Origin: Eledone cirrhosa
Lineage: Eukaryota
Direction: 5' to 3'
DNA length: 64,000 nt
Assembly: GCA_964016885.1 (NCBI GenBank)
Contig: OZ024741.1
Coordinates: 360,840,001-360,904,000 of the forward strand
This document shows positions 25,861 through 64,000 of the stretch, piece by piece (position 1 is the stretch's first letter; every line of letters starts with the position of its first letter). The translations under genes were made by a program, and so were the position numbers. Below the pieces are notes generated by a model. The model was not told the origin of the DNA. It searched no databases and was given only the letters and a program-made list of their open reading frames with translations.

Positions 25861-26639
25861 GGAACTATATACATATATTGAATCCATAAAAGAACTATAA
25901 ATTAAGTCCCAACTATGGTAACAGAATTTGGAATCAAAAACTCAGAGTAAACTTAACCAAAACTAAAGTAAGAAAGAATATAGGACATATTCCTACAGGG
26001 ATGTGACACTGCTCAATATGTAGAAAAGGAGTAGGCATAAACTCGATATGATGTACACAATGTAATTCTTGGATACACATGAGTACAAACAGGAAGGGAA
26101 GACTTTGTATGTAGAAGATGCACAGAGATAATCGACAGGAAGAGCGTCAGTGATATAAACCTTTTCCAATCACATGAAGGATCCAAAGAAGTGATTGATA
26201 GCTTCTGCTATCTAGGTGACCTAATTAGCAGCAGAGAAGGGTGCTCTAAAACATAACTAGAATAAGGTTAGGATGGAAGAAGTTTAGAGAGCTACTCCCA
26301 CTGTTGACGACAAAAGGTTTCTCCCTATTACAAAAGAAAGGCTGTATGATGCCTGTGTAAGAAGTGTGATGCTGTGTGGTAGTCAAACAAGTGATTGCAA
26401 AGGACATGAATGACGAATGAACGCAATGCTTGGAGAGATACTGTGCTTTAAAGAACCCGCCCAACCCATGCAAGCATGGAAAAAAATAGATATAAAAACA
26501 CTGATGATGATGATATATATAATATATACATATATAATATAATATATAAAAATTTAAGGGTAAGATATTGTCTAAACAAAAAGAACTTACATAGATGGTA
26601 AAATTTTTATTATTTTCAAATCAGATAGCAAGTAAACAA

Positions 26640-28127
26640 ACTTAATAATACATATATATAATATATATATACATTATATATATACATAATATAATATATA
26701 TAATATACATAATATATGCATACATAATATATATATATACATAATATATGCATACATAATATATATATATATACATAATATATGCATACATAATATATAT
26801 ATATATACATAATATATGCATACATAATATATATATACATAATATATGCATACATAATATATGCATACATAATATATATATAGATAATATATATATAACA
26901 TATATATATATATATATATATATACATAACATATATACACATAACATATATATACATAACATATATATACATAACATATATATACATAACATATATACAC
27001 ATAACATATATACACATAACATATATACACATAACATATATATACATAACATATATATACATAACATATATATATATACATAACATATATACACATAACA
27101 TATATATATATATATATACATACATAACATATATATATACATAACATATATATATATACATAACATATATATACATAACATATATATACATAACATATAT
27201 ATACATAACATATATATACATAACATACATATACATAACATATATATACATAACATACATATACATAACATACATATACATAATATACATAATATATATA
27301 TATATATATATATACATAATATATGCATACATAATATATGCATACATAATATATATATAGATAATATATATATATAACATATATATATATATATACATAA
27401 CATATATATATATATATACATAACATATATATATATATATATATACATAACATATATACACATAACATATATACACATAACATATATACACATAACATAT
27501 ATACACATAACATATATACACATAACATATATATACATAACATATATATACATAACATATATATACATAACATATATATACATAACATATATATACATAA
27601 CATATATATACATAACATATATATACATAACATATATATACATAACATATATATACATAACATATATATATATACATAACATATATACACATAACATATA
27701 TATATATAACATATATACACATAACATATATATATATAACATATATATACATAACATATATATACATAACATATATATACATAACATATATATACATAAC
27801 ATATATATACATAACATATATATACATAACATATATATACATAACATATATATACATAACATATATATACATAACATATATATACATAACATATATATAC
27901 ATAACATATATATACATAACATATATATACATAACATATATATACATAACATATATATACATAACATACATATACATAACATACATATACATAACATACA
28001 TATACATAACATATATATACATAACATATATATACATAACATACATATACATAACATACATATACATAACATACATAACATACATATACATAATATACAT
28101 AATATATATATATATATATATATATAC
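26640..28127. repeat. AT-rich satellite, mostly a 15-bp unit (CATATATATACATAA)
   Basis: About 1.5-kb tandem array. It explains the YVMYI-type ORFs. Confidence 0.97.
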
Positions 28128-28631
28128 GCACACACATACATGTACATATTTAGTGCCGGCACCATGATAAAATGCTACCATTACATTCTGTAAAGTGGCA
28201 GTGCTGGTATCACAATAAAATGCACTCAGTGCACTCTTCAAAGTATTTCAGTATCAGAAAGCATCTAGCAGAAGAAACCATGCCATAATATGGAATGTAT
28301 GAGCAAGATGTAGTCTCTACGACTTGGCAAGTCTTTGTGACAACCCATCCAACCCACACCAGCATGGAAAGTTGGTGTTAAACAATGATGATAATGTGTG
28401 TGTCCACTCATTCTTCAACTTATGATGATGATATTCTAGTCATGATTATCCTGTCATTTAGAAATACTATGTAGGACTACCTTAACCCATGGTTATTTCC
28501 CTTATCAAAGATGATAGGAAATGGTATAAGTGAGATTTGGCTGCTATTTCTAGCACATCCAGTGGTTCATTGGTTGGTTTTGGCTTCAATTTCTTGTTTG
28601 ATTGTATTTTGAGAGGTAGAAAGATACTTAC

Positions 28632-28853
28632 CCCTTTAGCATTTACATGACTTTATATCTACTATTGTATTTTCATGGTAAAGGCTTTACCTCACATAAT
28701 TCTTTTTTTTTTGTGTTAATATCGAATCTACGAGATTTTGATATTTATTTTGAGAACACCTTAACATCAGTATGAGTGGCCAGTTATAGCCGGTTTGAAC
28801 AGAAAGAGGTGAGAGAATTCTGGACGGATACAGCCGGTATAAATGCTAAAGGG
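28632..28853. mobile_element. TTAA-flanked MITE family A, copy 2
   Basis: Same TIRs and internal sequence as copy 1. Confidence 0.75.
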
Positions 28854-28979
28854 TTAAAGAGATTATATCCAGAGTGGATTGGAAATATTTACACTGATTC
28901 AAGCCATCTAATCAGTCATTTGAAGACCAAAGGAAGAAACATAAATGGTTACAGATTGACTGAGAGAATTCCAACACAC

Positions 28980-29440
28980 GTCTGCACTAGCTGTCTTGAT
29001 GAAGCCAGTTTTCCCATCATAACTGGAGTCTTTTGGCCTTGATTGTAGGGATAGTAAAATCATGGACAGGATAAAACTTTTCCTATTTGAAGTGAGGGGA
29101 AATCATTCATCTGGGACGCCACATGTTGCAACACTTTCTCCGATGCTTATCTCTTCATTTTGGGTGCTGTTGTCCACAAGACAAAGGAATGGAAGATGAC
29201 TAAATACCAGGCATTGACTGACAGTTGCCTTTTTATGTCAGTCACCATTGAGATCTTTAGTGTCATCAAACCCTTGACTGACATTTTTCTTTGTCAAACT
29301 GGGACAAGGGCAACATGCCTGAAGTAGGAGGCCTGCTAGATGGAATGGCCAATGCAACAGGTATCACTAGCTTTCCTTCCTGTCATTACTTTGGTATTGT
29401 GCAACTGGGATATACTGTCCAGACAAATGCAGAGTTTCCC
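28980..29440 (+). mobile_element. CRE-like non-LTR retrotransposon 3' fragment (restriction-like endonuclease)
   Basis: ESFGLDCRDSKIMDRIKLF...GKSFIWDATCCNTFSDAYL...KYQALTDSCLFMSVTIE, resembling the CRE EP.GL...DGKRPDG...WDATC motif. Confidence 0.7.
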
Positions 29441-29529
29441 CCTTCCACATCTTTTTCTTTTTTTTTTTATTAAATAAGAGAATATTGATGTTATAAGTTT
29501 TTTTTTAATGTTGCAGGGAGGAGGGGGTG

Positions 29530-30020
29530 ACAGTGTTGAGGGGTTAATGATGTATAAGTGATATATAAGGGCCTTGGTGTGGCTAGTTTCTCATCACAAC
29601 TGAACCCTGCAGGCCTTGACTTTGGTGATGGGAATTGCCCAGGCAGGATAACCCTTCTCGCTTGAGGAAGGTAAATCTCTAATCTGAGATGCCACATGCT
29701 GCAACATGTTCTCTGCTTCCAACTTTGTTACATCACATCAGCCACAAGCCTGAGCACTGGCACGTGTAATGTGGAGGAGAGGAAGACAGTCAAATACTAG
29801 GACTTGTCTGACCACTTTCTTTTCATGCTGGTCACCATTGAGACTTCTGCTGACCTCAGTCTCTGAACTAACGTTTTCATCCACAAAACAAGGATGAGTG
29901 CATCCTGCCTGAGGAAGAAGCCTCATGAGCTGGAGTGGCTGATGCAGCAGGTGTCACTGACTATTCTCCACAACAATGTCTTTGCCATTTTGTCTGTGGT
30001 GTACAGCTCTGCTATATCGT
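29530..30020 (+). mobile_element. Second CRE-like 3' fragment
   Basis: SQLNPAGLDFGDGNCPGRITL...GKSLI*DATCCN...KY*DLSDHFLFMLVTIETS...ELEWLMQQVSLTI. Confidence 0.7.
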
Positions 30021-30541
30021 CTAGACTGGAGATTAGAGTCTGATGCTATCTCCCATCTGATAAGAGGTGTTCCAGCTTTTTTGAGGCAGTGTGCATCCAG
30101 AACCTCATTGCATATATATAATGCGATCGTTCATCTTTTTAGACAGTAAGGTATGATTTCAGAGATTTGGCTGCTATTTCTAACAGGTTGAACGACCAGA
30201 GGCTCTCTCATTGCTTGGTTTGTAATCAGTGGCAGATTGAAGAAAACCTTCTGGCATTAGTGGCATTCATTGGACACTGCTTTAGTAATTCACTATTTGT
30301 GAGTGTGTGTGTATGTGTAATCTGCAGTAGAATGAAGAAATGTTATGGCATTCATAAAGAAAAGTAATGGTATTTACTACATTTATGAAATAACCAGCAT
30401 AACATTCACGAGAAAGTATATACATATATATACACATACATATATACAGAAACAAACATATATATATGTTTACGTGTAAATGTGTATGTCAATAGTTTAT
30501 TAAAAGAAATTATTATTAGATGCTACGGTATTCGTATTTCA

Positions 30542-30598
<57 letters not shown>

Positions 30599-30962
30599 AT
30601 GTGTATATGTGTGACATACATATATGCGCTAACACGCGCACTTCTACGTTACTGCTTCTTTGGAATGTGTTGATTGTGTTTCGGTGATTTTAGAGGGCAC
30701 CATCACTTTGTTAAGGGTGGGATACCAGTATTTTAAGAAGTGGCAATGAAATTCATACAACTTCACTTAGTCATCTAAACAACTCTATATTACTATTTTG
30801 CACAACAATAGAGCAGCTTTACTTGCTCTTGACATTAAGTTCAAATGGGAGTGAAATTTGGGAAAGAACTATGTCGGACGAAGGCACATAAATGTATCTA
30901 TATACACACACACACATTCATACATGACTTTTTTTTTACTTATTTGTGTGTATGTATGTGCG

Positions 30963-30994
<32 letters not shown>

Positions 30995-31056
30995 ACTTTT
31001 TTTCTTGTGATTGTGTAATTATTTGTGTGTATATATTCTTACAACTTTTTTTTACT

Positions 31057-31156
<100 letters not shown>

Positions 31157-31499
31157 AATTCCAAAGGAAAAGCAAAGGAGAAAAATGCTCTAGAGAGAGA
31201 GAGAGAGCATTTTTCTTCACTTTAGTTTGCGTGTGCAAAGGAATTAGATTGAAGTCGAGTTTGCCTTAAAACAGTTTTAAAACTCAAACTTGTATAGTAT
31301 TAAATAATGTTATGAACATTGGGATAATGGTAAAGTTTATACGGGACCGTTTGTTTAAAGAAAGATGTAGTGGAACTGTAAGCGATTTGGGGGAAATGGC
31401 TGAGAATCGGAAACAACAAGAGGCAGCAGCTCTTTTGACAGTCTTCCAATTCACTCGAAGTCTGAGTATTGGAAAGAAAAAGTTTGCTCTAGCACACAC

Positions 31500-31537
<38 letters not shown>

Positions 31538-32020
31538 ATACGCATATTAATTTGAAATTTATTTTGGTTGTTTTTTTTAAAAATATTATTCAGTCTATGT
31601 ATTATATTAATTTATGTCGCTCTAAAACTAGTGAATTCCTACAGATGCATTCCTCTACAGTTAGTACACACACACACACACACACTAATATATATATATA
31701 GAGAGGGAGGGAGGGAGAGAGAAATGGGGGGGGAGACTTGCATATATACATTTATTTGCGTGTGTTTATAGGGTACATCTTATAGTCTTGGTTGTAAACG
31801 GGTCCAACACACATACAAACTATGACAGTTACTACACCTGCATGAACAGTAGAATGTATGCTGTTGTAATAGAAGTATGTGTAGATTAAACATGAACACT
31901 ACCTATATATGTGTGTGTGTGTGTATACGAAAGAAACAAGCATGAGAAAAACAAAATTAGGAACAGTTTCAACAAAGTCAGATAGTCAGAAATAAATTAC
32001 TAACATAACCGACAAGTTTC

Positions 32021-32117
<97 letters not shown>

Positions 32118-32129
32118 CTAAGTTTGGTA

Positions 32130-32520
32130 CTTACTTCTGAGGACGGGTGGCGTATCTCGTTTAACATATTTACCCGCGATGCCATCATTTAGACCCGAAA
32201 CGTCCTTTTTCCTCGGTAGCATCGCTTGTCTGTGGTCAGATTATCGGCTTTTTAAAGTTTTACACTGACCGCGGGGGCAAACGTCTGTCGAAAACATAAT
32301 GACGGGTTATTTATTGACGGAGTATTTTCGATAGTTAGATGGCGAGAAGTGGGTCGGTTTGCTACCAGACCCGCAGAAATCTCCATCAAACATCACACAC
32401 TATCATCATATGAATAACAGGTATGAATCCGATGATACGATGTGAACTACTTAGTATTTCTGATCCTTCCATTTATTTATTTACTAGGCAACAACTACGG
32501 CTCGATCTCGCGCAGAATAT
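32130..32520. promoter_or_regulatory. CpG-rich promoter/first-exon region
   Basis: Visibly high CpG density against a CpG-poor background. CTAGGCAAC X-box half-site at 32484-32492 and TCTCGCGCAGA at 32506-32516. Confidence 0.5.
32135..32188 (-). CDS. Putative first coding exon of an unidentified divergent gene (MMASRVNMLNEIRHPSSE)
   Basis: Minus strand reads ctaaATGATGGCA, then 18 open codons ending at the consensus donor GAA|GTAAGTAC. It lies in non-repetitive, CpG-rich sequence. No downstream exon was confidently found. Confidence 0.5.
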
Positions 32521-33631
32521 ATTTATATATATTAATTGTTCAGTTTTAAAACAAAAATGAACATGTTTATGTCAACCAAAACCAAATTTAGAAGACTTGA
32601 AAAGTTATAGATGGGATATAGACACTCTTTTCCTTGTATAAGTATAGATGTGTTATATACGTATGTGTGTTATGTACTATATAGCGTGAAACCGTGTTTC
32701 AGAAGATTAATTAGTGTGTAATTAGCGATAATTGTATAAACAAGAAGCGGAAATCAGTGGAGAGGCAAGTGTCAAAAGTAATAATAATAATGATAATAAT
32801 AAAACAAGAATCAGTCGTTAGTTTGGTTCCACAGAAGGGTGTAACAATGTTTTCCAATAAATAAATAAAATAACTTCACTGACGTAATTGTTGTTGTTTA
32901 GACTAAGTTCATTTCTCGAACAATTCTGCTGTTTACTGAAAAACTTTTGGAGAAAGTCTTTGCCGTTTGTGTCTGTATGTGTCAATTTGCTATTATAAAT
33001 CAGATAGATGGTTTATCCGCAAAGTTGTAGAAGTTTCGGGTGGTGCTGGTGATAATTAACGGCAATGATAGGATGTATAAAATGAGTATGATAATTACGA
33101 TGATGATGATGATACACTTTGGAAGATATTGGAAGAAGTAGATGAGGGAACCGGGCTGGGTGGTTCGGTTCAGGTAGTGGGACGTTTAAGGATAAATCCA
33201 AAGAATGCAAGACAATCTATGTCTATCTGTTTTGTGGGGAAGAAGGACTTGTTTTGTTTTTGTGTGTGTTTGTAATGTTGGGTAGGTGATCCTCGTCGAA
33301 AAAAGAAGTAGTTTCCAAAGTAATGATAAGAGTAAATTAGTATTACTGATTCATCCTGCTTGACGGTCGACGGAAACGATATAAAAAAAGTTCTTTCTCG
33401 TTTATTTGTATCTCTTTCTGTTGTCTAGTTTTTTGTTGTTGTTCAGTTATTTCTTCCCATCCAAAGATATGTCAGTCTACACATTTACATACATTAACAA
33501 ATATGTACAAACTTACATATAAGCATCAACAGATAGACACACGCATACATATATACATACTATATACAGTTTTATATATATAAATATTAATATATATATA
33601 CACACATATATATATATATATATATATACAG

Positions 33632-33770
33632 ACCGGAAGTGAACGAAGCCACTAGTTGGGTACAACGTCATCACTAATGTCGACATTCCCCAGAACTTGG
33701 TTTATTGCTTTTTTTCTGTGTACACAAAAAGTGTTGTCTCATCTCTATGGTAACACTACAACAAACAGTG
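33632..33770 (+). promoter_or_regulatory. Proximal promoter motifs: ETS site, CRE half-site, RFX X-box-like site
   Basis: ACCGGAAGTG at 33632-33641, ACGTCA at 33665-33670, ATCTCTATGGTAAC at 33741-33754 (perfect ATGGTAAC half-site). About 190-310 nt upstream of the ATG of a motile-cilia gene. Confidence 0.6.
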
Positions 33771-33945
33771 TAGTGACCACTGACAATTAAAGGATATAAT
33801 ACAGCTATAAACTTGACAGGGTTCTTTTTACCACCGTCATTTTTATTTCTATCGTATTCTAAACATCTTCATATTTTGATTTATCATTTTAGATTTATAA
33901 ACGTCTACAGATATATAGATAAGAAATTATCTTCATTTTGACATA

Positions 33946-60402
<26,457 letters not shown>

Positions 60403-60513
60403 AACTTTCACAATAGAACTCTGGATTTTTCAGCTATTTATTTTTCTAATATCTTTACCTTCAGATGAAAGCACCAAGAAATTCTCAAATGACTGGAGAA
60501 TATACAAGTGTAA

Positions 60514-60694
60514 AATAAAAATGTCTGTAATAATTGTATTGTGGTAGAGTCATGATGACGATTTCAAACAAATACACCGTTATTCACTTTTTTTTCTTTT
60601 AATGTAGTGTGGTATTTATTATATAGTACTAGGATGTAATCCATGTTTTCTAACAGACTAAGTAATATTCAGTTTCTTCACAAATTGTAATAAA
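60514..60694 (+). terminator. Candidate polyadenylation signals of RSPH4/6
   Basis: AATAAA at 60514-60519 and 60689-60694. The second is followed by a GT/T-rich downstream element. Confidence 0.55.
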
Positions 60695-61417
60695 GTTATG
60701 TTTATGGATTGTATGTGGATGTGTGTATGTATGACATATATATACATACATAATTTAAATAATGCCATTGCTTGATACTTAAGCATGAGCATCACAGACA
60801 TGGATTTTTAGTCCTGCTAGGGACTTGCCTATGGCCAGCAATACCATGCATCACAAAAAATGTCACATATCAAGCGATGTCGGTGCTTGAAGCTTTTTTA
60901 AGTGAGGAAAGGCTTTGCACAGGACTAATCCCACTCTCTGAACATCAAATGCATTTGCCCAAAAAGAACTGGTCTACATTATTGATTGCAAATGAAGTCG
61001 CAGGTTTTATATCAGAGTGACCTTCCCCTAGAGAGATGTCTTAATTAAAGGAGGAGTCTTCATTAAAAAAAAAACAAAAAAAACAAAAAAAAAACCTTAT
61101 TGGATCGCCGTTGACTCGCCTGAGTTCCTTTGTAATTTGAGAAGCAGAGGAACATACATACATATATATTCATACATACAAACATGTGTATATATATATA
61201 TATATATATACACACACAAACACATAGAATGGGCCTCCATTGGTTTCAACAATAAGCGTTTCTGTTGTTCAATCAATGGAGGAAACTGGTCATGAAATTA
61301 ACATGTAAGCATTCCACAGAAATATGTACCCTTACTGTAATTCTCAGGGAGATTCAGCATGAAATATACAAGATGTGTAAGTCAACAGGTTAAAATTTAC
61401 TTCGTTTATTCATAGTC

Positions 61418-61476
61418 GCCATTATATATATTTTGGGGATAACCGTTATGCAACAGTAATGACCTCATCAGACAGC
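61418..61476 (-). ncRNA. Degenerate hammerhead motif
   Basis: gctgt-CTGATGA-ggtcattactgtt(gcat)aacggttatcccc-AAAA-tatata-TA-atggc. GAAA>AAAA at a CpG. Confidence 0.55.
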
Positions 61477-61814
61477 TAGAATTTGAACAGAAAAACATAA
61501 CGATGGAATAAAGCTTACTTCTGTTATTTAGAATGAACAAATTCAAAGCATCAGTAGAATTAGCCCCTTTCCCATTGGTCAGATTTAGCTTCACCATTCC
61601 AATAACAAGTCTACTGAATATCTAAGTGGTGTCATTGTCCTGGAATCAGGTAAATCAGTTGGGGTTGTTTTTAGCAGCCAACAATAATAACTGAAGATAT
61701 CTAATCTATTTAGGAGTGTTTTTTGGCCTCTGTGACCTAGGTAGTTGTAGTAGTGGTAGTAGTGTTAATATATTACTACTACTGGTAATAAAAGAAAGTG
61801 TAAAATTTATAGGG

Positions 61815-63775
61815 TATTGGAATGTTATCAAAGATTTCTAGATGAGGAGAATGCATGGGAGAAAGAGATTCTACCCCAAGTGGACCCTAGAGAGGGACCA
61901 GCAATACAAGTCAGCAACAGCATAGTAAGTAAGGCAATTAAAGATATGAAGACTGGGAAGGCAACCAGTCCATCGGGTACAGTTGCCGAGATGCTGAAAG
62001 CATCTGGGACGGTAGGTCACACCACACGTATTGTTAACTAGGTAATACTAGAGGGTGTCATACCAAAAGAATTGGCAGCAGCATCATTGTCAACTGCTAC
62101 AAGGGTAAAGGAGATGCACTAGATAGAGGAAACTATAGAGGTATAAAGCTGATGGACCAGGTCATGAAAGTAACAGAAAGAGTTATAGCACAGTTGATTA
62201 GGGACTGGGTAAAACTAGATGAGATGCAGTTTGGGTTTGTGCCAGGAAAACGCACCACTGGTGCTCTCTTCCTTGTGAGGCAGTTATAGGAAAAGTAAGC
62301 TGCTCCACCTGGCATTTGTCGATCTGGAAAAAGCCTTTGACAGAGTGCCCCATGCGATAATCTGGTGGGTTCTTAGAAAACTAGGAGTAGATAAATTGCT
62401 TGTGAAAGCTGTACAAGCCATGTATAGGGGAGCAGTCAGCAAAGTTAGGGTTAACAATGACTATAGCGAGGAATTTAGCATACAGGTTGGTCTCCACCAG
62501 GGCACCATTCTTAGCCCTCTCCTGATTATTATAGTATTGCAGGCGATAACAGAGGAGTTTAAGACCAGATGCCCATGGGAATGATCTTACACTTATAGCT
62601 GAATCTATGGCGGAACTAAAGAATTCCAAACATGGAAGCTGGGGTCTCAAAGTCAACCTGACAAAGACTAAGGTCCTTGTAAGTAGACGAGAAAACAGAA
62701 CCCAGATCCCCTCAGGGAAGTGCCCTTGCTCAGTATGTAGGAAAGGTGTAGGTAGGAATTCCATTCTCTTCCCCAAATGCAAATAATGGGTACACAAGAG
62801 ATGTAGTGGGATCTCAGGAAGCTTAATTAGGAATGTAGGCTTTACATGTAGCAGCTGCACTTGGAAAGTAAGCAGCAAACAGCCACAGGAAACAAGCACT
62901 ACAAAACTCTGGGAGGGCTCTGTAGAAACAGTAGACAGCTTCTGCTACCTAGGTGACCAAATTAGCAGCGGAGGTGGGTGTTCTGAAAGTACAGTAACCA
63001 GGGTAAGAATGGGATGGAAGAAGTTCAGGGAGCTACTACCACTGCTAGATGCAAAAGGCTTTTCCATCAAAATGAAAGGCAGACTATGATGCATGCATAC
63101 GAACATCAATGTTACATGGTAGTGAGACCTGAGCACTGTGTGTAGAAGACTTGCGTAGATTAGAAAGAAACGAAGCTTGCATGCTCTGATGGATGTGTAA
63201 TAGTAATATACGTGAATGGCAAAGCATAAACGAATTGAGAGAGAGACTGAGCATAAGAGGAATCAAATGCTGTATGCACAGGAGAGGTCGTTGCTTTGGT
63301 ATGGACATGTGATGCGTATGATGATAGCTGCATAAAAAGGTGCAGAGCACTAAAAGTCGATGGAAGCCATGGGGTGGGGAGACCCAAGAAGACCTGGGAC
63401 AAGGTGATAAAAGCTGACCTTGCCCAATTGCACCTCTCAAAGGCAATTACACATGACCGTGACCTCTTGCGTCACCCAGTAATACAGAAGACCCAACTTC
63501 CCATAGGTACAAGCCGAAGCTGAAGCATATAGACAATATGCCCCCAAGCACCCAACCCATATTGTAAAGTAGGCGCCACGGAAAAAAAGCACCTAGCACT
63601 TACTGTAAATGAGGTTGGTGTTAGGAAGAGCATCCAGCTGTAGAAATCAAGCCAAAATCAGTTCCCGTATGAGCAAGACAAGGTCACCCGACCTGGTATT
63701 GCCCACAACAGGACAACCCGTCTAACCCATGCTAGCGTGGAAAAATGGACGTAAAATGGTGATGATAATGATGAT
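61815..63775 (+). mobile_element. RTE LINE, about 2 kb, decayed RT to tail
   Basis: MKTGKA, NYRGIKL, MQFGFVPG, FVDLEKAFDRVP, GLHQG, a Cys cluster, GRPKKTW and an (ATG)n tail. Confidence 0.92.
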
Positions 63776-64000
63776 CCAATGATATAAACATACAATAGCA
63801 AGAGTTGGACAGGTCTACACAGACCAAGTCAGTACTGACGCCAGGCTTCTAATCTCCCAGACAGGTTAGGGATCTGCATCTCACTTATGTACAGTCTCAT
63901 TCTACCGAGTGCACAGAAGATCCTCCCAACCCTTTCTTTGGCAAGCTTTCTACAGCTGGATACCCTTCCTATCACCAACCACTTTACAGCATGTACTCAG

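Noticed and set aside
26616-28241. Three ORFs of 487-541 aa on the minus strand
   Set aside because: Translations of an AT-rich satellite (YVMYI repeats), with no coding signal.
31312-31701. 129-aa ORF upstream of the gene
   Set aside because: Runs through microsatellites, with no recognisable domain or splice support.
31955-32025. Possible hammerhead fragments (GAAAC-tt-GTC; CTGACTA...GAAAC) on the minus strand
   Set aside because: Core incomplete and no convincing stems.

Overview
Eukaryotic, AT-rich, repeat-dense genomic DNA. The SINE families, RTE tails and (AT)n load suggest an octopus or other coleoid cephalopod; this is an inference. One complete protein-coding gene can be rebuilt by hand: a radial spoke head protein RSPH4/6 (RSPH4A-like) on the + strand, 33946-60402. 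It has 10 coding exons with GT-AG introns and consistent phases, giving a 1758-nt CDS (585 aa). Its promoter carries RFX X-box-like and ETS motifs. A CpG-rich stretch about 1.75 kb upstream holds a probable first coding exon (32188-32135, - strand) of an unidentified divergent gene. The rest is mostly transposon debris: many RTE LINEs (one family with a PHD-like finger inside the RT), a 5'-truncated Gypsy with one LTR, CRE-like, Penelope-like, Tx1 and CR1 fragments, decayed Tigger/pogo, mariner, hAT and Helitron pieces, TTAA- and TA-flanked MITEs, tRNA-derived SINEs and satellites. Not explained by the ORF track: six to seven dispersed hammerhead-ribozyme-like motifs (one in sense orientation in RSPH4A intron 8), a perfect 184-bp inverted duplication, and a twin-priming-like inverted RTE. 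All calls were made by eye, without database searches.
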